Shown here: positions 1 through 8,288 of the stretch, in pieces | Position numbering within the stretch: the first letter of the stretch is position 1 | Layout of the letters: each line of letters starts with the position of its first letter | Assembly: GCA_030550585.1 (NCBI GenBank) | Contig: JAUQPB010000001.1 | Coordinates: 256,001 to 320,000 of the forward strand | Reading direction: 5' to 3' | Source of the DNA: Thermoproteota archaeon | GTDB taxonomy: Archaea > Thermoproteota > Thermoprotei_A > Sulfolobales > Ignisphaeraceae | Length of the DNA: 64,000 bases | Made by a program: the position numbers and the translations under genes | Notes under the pieces: generated by a model | Seen by the model: only the letters and a program-made list of their open reading frames with translations | The model's database searches: none | Told to the model about the DNA's origin: nothing

Positions 1-2
1 TT

Positions 3-3000
3 GTTATTGCTAAGCAGGTCACCTTTGTGAAAGAAGGTTCGCCAACAGTTCTTAGTGATATCTTAGCCAATCCAGAAGCCTACAAGTTCAAACTTGTTAA
101 GGTCGATGCCTATAGAAGGCAGATTTCGGTGCTCTATGATCCAGATGAGCCGCCGTACATCGAGTTTCCACTAACAATTGGATACCTCTCTGAGAGGCCC
201 ATTGAGCCATTGGTGATTGTCCGTAAGGCTTTGGAGAGAGCTAAAGAGATAACCTTCAGAATTGATGAGGGGGTTATAAGAGACCTCCTGGAGCTTAGAG
301 AACATCAAATACTCTGGGTCTTCAACTTCGAATATGAATATTGGTATGACTCTAAAGCTGTAACTAACGGGATAGTAATTCCACTTAACCACTCAATATT
401 CACATTACTTGAGCAGTCCATGCCAGTCTTAGGAGGGCTCCTAAAAGCTAGGGGCCCAATAATTCTCTACGATGTTAAGACAGACCTACTTTATGAAGGT
501 GTGCAGTCTGTAGTGGAGTTGATGAAGGACAGTAAAAGGTATCTAGGTAAAGTCGTTAAGTTGACTGCAAATTGCTATGGCGGTTACATTAGCGTTCAGG
601 AGGTTATAGAGCATAATACTCCATGCGGTGAGGACTATGTTTACGTCCCAGATGTTGGATGCGTGAACCTCGCGACTGATGTGAGGTTCGAGGGCTTCGT
701 TGCCTGGAATAATGTGAGTGTGCCCCCGAAGCGTGATGAACTCCTACTCGCGGTCGGCGTCTCAAGCTTCCATCAGGATGAGCAATTCGTTAAGGCCTCT
801 GGAATCTTCGAACTGGTAGGCAAAGTGGTCTCAACTAAAGAGGTGAGCGATTCTCTACCCGAAGGCATTGCCCTCATAATTTATAGTGCTAGAAAGGTTG
901 GTGAGATAGACTTTGAGAAGTTAGCTGCCCAAGTTAAGGACGAGGTTAAAAGGCAGGTAGGAGAGCTTCTCTGGAACCTCCAAGACATTTACCCGTATCA
1001 GAGGCCACCTGAAATACCATTCAAGGTTCCAAGGAAGGTCTTCTGGCCGAAGGCCCCAATCTCCGTTACCACGCCCAAGGAGCTCCCCGAAATAGTTATT
1101 GAGAGGAACTTCACGGTTATAATTGATGTGGCTGATGCGCCCATCAACCTAAACATAAGCAACTCCATCATCTCAAACATATCCATAAGGCTAAGGGAGA
1201 TTGTCAGGAACGTCACAATATACTTCGAGAAGCTCATTGAGAAGCCTCCAGAGGTGCCTAGCCCGCCGGGATTAGTTTACGCCTATCATAAGATCGATGT
1301 AAATATCCCTGAAGCCTCCATCGAGAAGGCAGATATAACGTTCTGGGTTATGAAGGAGTGGCTGGCAATCCATGGAGCCACCAAAGATGATGTAGTTATG
1401 CTCAGATACCATGGCGGAGAATGGTTAAGACTCCCAACAAAGGCTATAGGTGAAAACGTAACACACTTCGAGTTCACGGCCGAGACTCCCAGCTTCTCGA
1501 TATTCGCAATAGCGATAACAGCACCTGTTAGAGTTATGGAGACCGGTGTTGAGGGCTACGTCTTTGACAACGCTACCGGAAAACCGATTAAGGGCGTTAG
1601 AATAATAGCGTTGTCAAAGGTTATTACGTCAGTGCGTACTGAGGCTACAACGGACGATATGGGTCACTACTCGCTTTCCCTGACACCCGGGAGCTACGTT
1701 TTAGTTGTTTTAGCTAACGGTTATGCTGATGTATCGGCGGAGGTTTCGCTGGCGCTTGGAGAGGTTAAGCGGGTGGACTTTAAGCTTGAAAAGGCTCTGG
1801 CGGAATTCTCTGAGGATTGGTACGGCGTGAAGTTCGAGATCGCCATCTTAGGCAACCTCACATGGAAGATTGGAGACAATACATCGATTAAAGCCTCGGT
1901 GACAGTAGGTGATATGGGCGGAAACCAGAAAATTGAGTTTAGGCAGCTCACTCTAGAATTAGCGGAAGCAAATGTGAAAGTTTCTGTTCCAATAAACCTC
2001 GCTACATCAATCGGTGGGACTGTCTTCAGCAAACCCATCAGCATCGGGGTGCTAGATGGATTCGGCCTCCACGCTCCCGGAGAGACCAAAGGATACTCCC
2101 TCCAAGTTATCTTGGAGGGTTCTGTCATCGATAAATTTGGTATCGAATGGCCAGGATCAACGTTTAAAACTGTTAGCGTTAGCATCTACGCACCTGAGTC
2201 TCCGGTCTCGGTCGAGTTCACGGCCCCTTCAAAGGTTAAGATAGGCGACGAGTTTGATGTAAAGTTTAGGTTCAGGAATGAGGGGAAGCATCCTATATCA
2301 GACTTGAGGGTCTCGCTTTCATTGCCCTTCGGCACCTCTGCCATCGGGCCAATCGAAACAACGGTAAAAGTTGTTAATCCGAAGGAGGCTGCGGAGGCGG
2401 TGTTTAGGCTCAGAGCTGAAAATGCCACAACTAGCTTAATAACAGTAACGTATTCTTACAGGACCCTCTGGGGGTATGTTGTGTTAGAGCCCTTGAAGAC
2501 ATTGGGGTCGATAACTATAACTAAGATCCCAGTGAGCCTAACGATCTCTGCTGAGCCTAGGGAGGTTACTGTTGGTGAAGAGGTTGTGGTTAAAGGGTCA
2601 ATAAGCCCGGCCATGAGCAAGACTATAGAACTGGTCATTAAGAGGCCTGATGGAACAACAGATACGCAGACAACTACGTCTACACCCGATGGAAGCTTCG
2701 GCTTTAGGATTAAGCTCGATAAGGAGGGTGAATGGAGCTTTACAGCGAGGTTTGCGGAAGATTTAACCCATGAGGAAGCAGTGAGCCAGTCTGTAAACAT
2801 CGTCGCATTACCCGTCAAGACAGTACTTACGATTCAGGCGCCGAGCATGGTTAGCGTTGGTGAGGAGTTCGTGGTAAGTGGTAAGTTGACTAGGCTTGAC
2901 ACAGGTGCTGGACTAGCCGGTAAGAAGGTCGAGCTCTACATCAACGGCTCAAAGACCTCTGAGACGACTTCGAATGCTACTGGTGACTACAGCTTCAAAA

Positions 3001-3197
3001 TAAGGATAGAAAGTATAGGTAGGTACGCATTGAGGGTGTACTTCTCGGGCGATGGCTTCCTACCAAGCGAGGTAGTAACAACAGTCGTAGTAGAAGCTCC
3101 TAAAGCATCAGCAATAACCTGGAGTGTAGTAGTGATCGTGTTAGGAGTTCTGGGCTTGGGCATAGGCTTATACATGTATAGGAGGAGACGTTTGTGA
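3..3197 (+). CDS. Large membrane-anchored cell-surface protein (PGF-pre-PGF domain, carboxypeptidase-regulatory-like and Ig/CARDB-like domains, C-terminal TM); 5'-truncated by the window
   Basis: Frame is open from base 3. Motifs: ITFWVMKEWL...MLRYHGGEWLRLPT...AETPSFSIFAI (PGF-pre-PGF), GYVFDNATGKPIKG...TTDDMGHYSL (CarboxypepD_reg-like), and a terminal hydrophobic helix plus RRRR. Confidence 0.75.
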   Translation, partial: VIAKQVTFVKEGSPTVLSDILANPEAYKFKLVKVDAYRRQISVLYDPDEPPYIEFPLTIGYLSERPIEPLVIVRKALERAKEITFRIDEGVIRDLLELREHQILWVFNFEYEYWYDSKAVTNGIVIPLNHSIFTLLEQSMPVLGGLLKARGPIILYDVKTDLLYEGVQSVVELMKDSKRYLGKVVKLTANCYGGYISVQEVIEHNTPCGEDYVYVPDVGCVNLATDVRFEGFVAWNNVSVPPKRDELLLAVGVSSFHQDEQFVKASGIFELVGKVVSTKEVSDSLPEGIALIIYSARKVGEIDFEKLAAQVKDEVKRQVGELLWNLQDIYPYQRPPEIPFKVPRKVFWPKAPISVTTPKELPEIVIERNFTVIIDVADAPINLNISNSIISNISIRLREIVRNVTIYFEKLIEKPPEVPSPPGLVYAYHKIDVNIPEASIEKADITFWVMKEWLAIHGATKDDVVMLRYHGGEWLRLPTKAIGENVTHFEFTAETPSFSIFAIAITAPVRVMETGVEGYVFDNATGKPIKGVRIIALSKVITSVRTEATTDDMGHYSLSLTPGSYVLVVLANGYADVSAEVSLALGEVKRVDFKLEKALAEFSEDWYGVKFEIAILGNLTWKIGDNTSIKASVTVGDMGGNQKIEFRQLTLELAEANVKVSVPINLATSIGGTVFSKPISIGVLDGFGLHAPGETKGYSLQVILEGSVIDKFGIEWPGSTFKTVSVSIYAPESPVSVEFTAPSKVKIGDEFDVKFRFRNEGKHPISDLRVSLSLPFGTSAIGPIETTVKVVNPKEAAEAVFRLRAENATTSLITVTYSYRTLWGYVVLEPLKTLGSITITKIPVSLTISAEPREVTVGEEVVVKGSISPAMSKTIELVIKRPDGTTDTQTTTSTPDGSFGFRIKLDKEGEWSFTARFAEDLTHEEAVSQSVNIVALPVKTVLTIQAPSMVSVGEEFVVSGKLTRLDTGAGLAGKKVELYINGSKTSETTSNATGDYSFKIRIESIGRYALRVYFSGDGFLPSEVVTTVVVEAPKASAITWSVVVIVLGVLGLGIGLYMYRRRRL

Positions 3198-3309
3198 TGG
3201 TGAAGGGACCATACCTTCCACTGCTAGTTTTCCTAGGCGCCCTTCTATACGTTCTAGTATGATCTAAGGGGTGGAGGACCTGACTAGATTTCTAATACAT
3301 AAACGTAAG

Positions 3310-3560
3310 ACAGCTTGAAATAGTCTGTGAAACACTTCATGACCACGACTTAATATGGTCTGCGGCTATAGTTAACTCAAAATTATATTGTACTATAGTT
3401 TTCCGGCCTCTTCTCCTCTCCGGAAACGCAGGCTCTAGGCATCCTTAGTTCTTTCTGGTAGAGTCGTAGTTCTCAAGCTCTGCTGGGTTTCTCATTAGCA
3501 TTGGAGGACGTGGTCTCAAGTCTTTAAGAGATGTAGCATCTGAGTCCAGTTTGCCTATAA
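3310..3560 (-). pseudogene. Degraded DDE transposase fragment (IS4/IS701/ISH3-like)
   Basis: Across frameshifts the minus strand reads GEEKRPENYST / NFELT / RGHEVFHRLF, resembling the TN.L...RW.xE.FHR signature. Many stops; boundaries approximate. Confidence 0.35.
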
Positions 3561-3945
3561 GTGCTGGGAGGTGTTTACACTAAGAGTCTCTAATGCTTGC
3601 TTTGTCAAAAGTGCTTCGGGAACTTAAGCTTTAACAACGCTTTTCAGTAGTTGTGTAGAGTTTTCTTCTTACCCCATGTCTTGAAGGAAGAGATTCTTAG
3701 CCATGGCGATTATTTTACACATTTCATTGCTTAAGACTTACTCTATGGGTACATACACCTGGATTGCTACGCTTCACTATATGCATAACGACTTTAAGTA
3801 GCTGACTTGAAGCTCCATGCTGGTATTCACCAGTCAGCCTTAACGTTTCAGTTTTCAAAGAAGAATATCGTTATTCACCTTCAGCTATGCATTGATGTTT
3901 CAGTTTTACTTAGCTTACTGAAACAGATCTACGGGCATCCCAGGA

Positions 3946-3990
3946 CTCCGGAGCCGGTGGACCCGGGTTCAAATCCCGGCGGGCCCGCCA
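3946..3990 (+). tRNA. 3' half of tRNA-Arg(CCG), from the anticodon loop to CCA; probable att site or split-tRNA half
   Basis: CT-CCG-GA GCCGG TGGAC CCGGG TTCAAAT CCCGG CGGGCCC G CCA; no acceptor or D-arm 5' half upstream. Confidence 0.8.
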
Positions 3991-4246
3991 AAACAAAATG
4001 TAAACAATTACATTGTCTCATGATCTTGTGAGACCCCGTGAAACAGCTAAGAAATATGGGTGCTACTGAAGATATTTCTTACAGGGTCTTAGATGAAATT
4101 CGGCTCTGGTATCATGATCCAAAACCTTTACATATCTACTAAGGAGTTCCTCAGTTCATACCCTTTCTGCCTATTAGGTTGCTAACCTTTTAAGCTCCTC
4201 CACTTCTTCGTTTCTTCTCAAGGCGTATATCTCCAGCTTCATTAAA

Positions 4247-5041
4247 TTATCTCACCTCTCTCCTTGTGTAGAGGAGGTAGCATATGGTTAAGCACACCAG
4301 AATATATGCGGAGCTCACTAGGACCAAATACTCAATTGGGGGAACTTGGATGGTTACTTCCCCTATACTGCTTGCGAAAGTTACTGAGGATATGCTACTG
4401 TTTGATAAGATTGTGTAGATTGGGTAGTACATGTAGTTCAGGATAGACCATGGTTGGATACCTGTTTTAGCTATGACAGATCCTAGGGTATTTAGAATGA
4501 AGAAGTTGAATAGTGCAGCGATAATAATGGCATTTCTAGAGTTTCTGCTTATACTTCCTATGGCTGCTGATAGGAATAGCCATGCCCCAGCATATAGTAG
4601 CTGTAGGACGTAGCTCAGAGCTAATGAGCTGACAACGCTTTTATAATATGTTAGTGCGAACACTACTGCCACTATGTTGTAGAGAGATACTACTGTGAAT
4701 GCTATGAGAATGGCGGCGAGAGCCTTTGAAAAGTAGACCAGCTTTCTTTGTAGTGGTAGAACGTATACGAAGTATGCCTTGCTCTTCTCAAATTCTTCAG
4801 CAACCAAATCGCCTGCGAAGAGAGCGAACAAAATAGGGTACAATAGGCCTGTAAAGATGGCGACAGTTGAGGAGAGGTAGTCGTTAACAGAGTTATGCAC
4901 GCCATAGACTGCGTCAACAATGCTAATTGCTGATAATACTACTAATGGTGTCAGCAATAAAATGTAGAATCTCTTGCTATGCAAGTAGCACTTCACAAAA
5001 TATCTTGTGGTTTCTACAAGCCTTTTCAAGGTTCCATCCAT
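4247..5041 (-). CDS. ABC-2 type exporter permease
   Basis: About 6 hydrophobic helices; AGDLVAEEFEK...LPLQRKLVYFSKA motif; directly downstream of an ATPase. Confidence 0.8.
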   Translation of the reverse strand: MDGTLKRLVETTRYFVKCYLHSKRFYILLLTPLVVLSAISIVDAVYGVHNSVNDYLSSTVAIFTGLLYPILFALFAGDLVAEEFEKSKAYFVYVLPLQRKLVYFSKALAAILIAFTVVSLYNIVAVVFALTYYKSVVSSLALSYVLQLLYAGAWLFLSAAIGSISRNSRNAIIIAALFNFFILNTLGSVIAKTGIQPWSILNYMYYPIYTILSNSSISSVTFASSIGEVTIQVPPIEYLVLVSSAYILVCLTICYLLYTRREVR

Positions 5042-5047
5042 AACCTA

Positions 5048-5944
5048 TCACCCATAGAGATCTGAATACAATTGCACTAGATCTTCCTCTCTCTCCTTGA
5101 TAGAGACTATGTCAATGCTTGCAAGGATCTTGAGCACATCAAGCTCTCTTCTAGTATCGTAAAGTACTTCGTATATCCTATCACCTATCTTCTTAACTTC
5201 GATTACGCCTGTCCCTACATACTTATTCACATCTATTTCGCTTCTAGTTTCAATTACTATTCTCCTACGCTTGATTATTTCTGCTAGCTGCTCTTTCCCA
5301 TACTCTCTATATATGCTACCATCCCTTAGGAGAACCACCCTATCTGACAACGAGCTAGCGATATGTAGGCTGTGTGTGGCCAATATAATCATAGATTTCT
5401 TACTCAATTCTTTAAGGTATTCAGATAAGCGAAACGTTGTTGGCATGTCTAATCCTTCGAATGGCTCATCTAGTAGAATTATCCTTGGCCTCCCCATTAA
5501 CGCACATGCGAGAATAACTTTTTTGTAAAGCCCTTTTGATAGCTCATCTAGTCTCTTGCCAAGGTTAGCCTCTATGTTTAGCAAAGAGACAACTTCACGT
5601 AGATCCTCCATCCCCAATCCTTTGACCTTGCACGCAAAATCAAGTAGCTCTCTTACAGAAAGCTTATTGCTATGAGGCACGGGATTCTCGATAACAGCAG
5701 ACATGTATGTAGCTACTTTATCTCTCTCATAAGGCATTCTATAGGAATCCACATAGACCTCACCCTCTGAAGGCTTCGCCAAACCCGCAATCAGCTTCAA
5801 AATCGTGCTCTTGCCAGATCCGTTGGGGCCAAGTATACTGACAATAGCTTCGCCCTCAATATCAATAGACACGTTTCTTACACCGATAATGTTCCTAGAA
5901 TACCTCTTAGTGACGTTCTTCAATAATATTCGCATCTCCACCAT
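5048..5944 (-). CDS. ABC exporter ATP-binding subunit
   Basis: Walker A GPNGSGKS, signature LSKG, Walker B IILLDEP, H-loop ATH. Confidence 0.9.
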   Translation of the reverse strand: MVEMRILLKNVTKRYSRNIIGVRNVSIDIEGEAIVSILGPNGSGKSTILKLIAGLAKPSEGEVYVDSYRMPYERDKVATYMSAVIENPVPHSNKLSVRELLDFACKVKGLGMEDLREVVSLLNIEANLGKRLDELSKGLYKKVILACALMGRPRIILLDEPFEGLDMPTTFRLSEYLKELSKKSMIILATHSLHIASSLSDRVVLLRDGSIYREYGKEQLAEIIKRRRIVIETRSEIDVNKYVGTGVIEVKKIGDRIYEVLYDTRRELDVLKILASIDIVSIKEREEDLVQLYSDLYG

Positions 5945-7430
5945 CCTCCACTCATCTTTGTCTTTCCCGCTTAAATCTATATAAATTTATGTGTTTTTAT
6001 AGAATCCCTCCGCCTCCTCCAGAGTCTTATTTAGCTTATGAAATATATAGTATTCGCCATCCTCAGTTTCAAGATCGCAGATCCCCTAAGTACTCAAATC
6101 CGCACATAATGTAAGCCTACTAAGACACTACAGTTCATAGAGACTATCGATCCTGGTCATTCCATATTAAACTAAGCTTTAATAGCAAATCCCTATCACA
6201 CTGCAGCATATACTAGGTAGTGGGTATGGATTCTTATCAGATTTGCCCGAAACGATATCACTTAGCGGAACATAAGCTTATAGAGAAAAGCAGATAAATA
6301 GAGTATTGTCTACATGTTTGAAAACCATATTAAAGAGACATAGGGTAACGTTAACAAGACTATCGTTGTTCTACATCACATACCACTCCGTAAACTTTTT
6401 CACTCTAAGTTTATTTCTGAATGGAATTGTTTCAATACGTTTGTGGACACCGAGACATTTGGATGCACAATCAAGAGATACTAAAGAGAAAATTAGGCTA
6501 ATGCTATACGCAGTTGGTCTTAGCCACAATAATGTAGACAAAGGATTCTACAAAGAGTTAATTTAGCACGGTAGTTGCAGCATTGAAAAATAAATATTTA
6601 TAATATGATTCTCGAGCCTGTTATGCAATATCTAGGTGGATCCATCTAAAAACAAAAGCTTAGTGTACTCCCTGCCAATTCAGATATGCGTACCGAAAAC
6701 CTTCCACCTATAAGAATTTGAGGTAAATTTAGCCGTTTGGGTGGTAAAGCTATAATCATGCTAGCCCATACTACCTGCAAAACATATATCGCTTATAATA
6801 ATGGTCTCTCCATAAGCAGTGTACATCTGAGTTTTCGACGAGGCTGATAAACATTGCTAGTTTGAGTGGCAGGTTAAATCCTCTCTTTACTTCCTCATCT
6901 ACAATATATATCATGGTTTTCAGGAACGACAGTTACATGTACATCGCTCTCTAAAGCATCCTTAACAGTTCTCAAAACATCTTCTACACAACCTAGGCAC
7001 ACGCTAGAAGTTAGGTTGACAACAATACATACAGCATTTACATCAACAACAATTCTCCTTACTATCAGCTAATCTCTCCAAATCCTCCCGATACCCATAT
7101 TAGTGTAGATCCTCCAAAGTAGCAGATCCTCACATCCCCCCACCACCTCCGCTCTTTAAGGCGTTTAGGAATAGCATTCTAAAAGTTGCAAGTACGTAGC
7201 CAATAGATAACATTGTATTGTCAACACATATTTTCACTGAAAACACCTCTGTCATGCACTAGTAAGATTAGATGCCGTAACACCATAGCAATGCCTACCA
7301 AAATTTTCGAACTGACATATTGACATTTTAAAGAGATAAAGGTTTTGCATGGGTATTAAAAAGTAAAATTTAATAAAATAAAATTTATATATTGCAGTAT
7401 AAACCAAATTAAAAATAGGGGTTACATACT

Positions 7431-8288
7431 ATGAACCTGTCAAAGTATCTGTTCGCTGGACTGGTAACACTAGTGATAGCAGTCTCCGTAGCAGAAATAA
7501 TAGCTTCAGCATTAACATTTGAGAGCTTCTATCAAGTTTCGCCTGGTTTACCACTACTGCAAGAGAGAATTGAAAATAGCAATTACATCTCTGCTGTAGC
7601 AACAACAGGGTATGTCATATATTCATACTCACCAAGCCATCCAAACTACTATAACTTCATCATGCAACCACCTGTGGCTTCATACATAGATAAGGTTGGA
7701 TACTGGGAAGGATTGACTTATTGGTATGCTAGAAGTCCTATGACGTTTTCATGGCTGGCACCTAATGAAGTATCGGTTTATGTAAAATGGAATTATAGAG
7801 ATATGAGCAGCTCGGATATCCAAAACATTGACTACCATGGATGGCTCATTGACGCCGAGGCGCCATCTAAGAGTGCCAGTTTTTCACTATCTGTTAGTGG
7901 TGGAACGAATTATGTGCAAGGCGGAATTACGGTTACATTCTATGATGTAACAGAAACAAACACAGCAACAGATAAGAAGATTGAAAACGGATGGTTGCGA
8001 ATATCAACAGCCAGGGTAGACTATAGGTCGTGGGCTAGATGGGAATGGGGAAATGAATGGAAGATGACTGCCGCAATAGTGCCATTAGTGAAGAACTCTT
8101 ATCTATATGATAACAGAGCTTACAGGATACAGTATATGATATGCCATGATATAAGTTATTGGACAGATATGACGTTATTGGGGATAACTATAAGGCATGT
8201 GAAGATACAATACACTCTAGGTGATAATATCGCAAACGGAGATGGCGTAATTACTGTCGCACGAGGAGTTTGGGGAAGTTCACAATGA
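7431..8288 (+). CDS. Unknown secreted W/Y/S/T-rich protein
   Basis: Signal peptide MNLSKYLFAGLVTLVIAVSVAEIIASA; AT-rich TATA-like region upstream; stop overlaps the next ATG (ATGA). Confidence 0.75.
   Translation: MNLSKYLFAGLVTLVIAVSVAEIIASALTFESFYQVSPGLPLLQERIENSNYISAVATTGYVIYSYSPSHPNYYNFIMQPPVASYIDKVGYWEGLTYWYARSPMTFSWLAPNEVSVYVKWNYRDMSSSDIQNIDYHGWLIDAEAPSKSASFSLSVSGGTNYVQGGITVTFYDVTETNTATDKKIENGWLRISTARVDYRSWARWEWGNEWKMTAAIVPLVKNSYLYDNRAYRIQYMICHDISYWTDMTLLGITIRHVKIQYTLGDNIANGDGVITVARGVWGSSQ

Noticed and set aside
3807-4031. 74-aa ORF crossing the tRNA fragment as a split integrase piece
   Set aside because: No tyrosine-recombinase motifs are recognisable on either strand.
6880-7160. Possible vapBC remnant (RRIVVDVNAV) on the minus strand
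   Set aside because: Only one short PIN-like motif amid stops; not enough to call.
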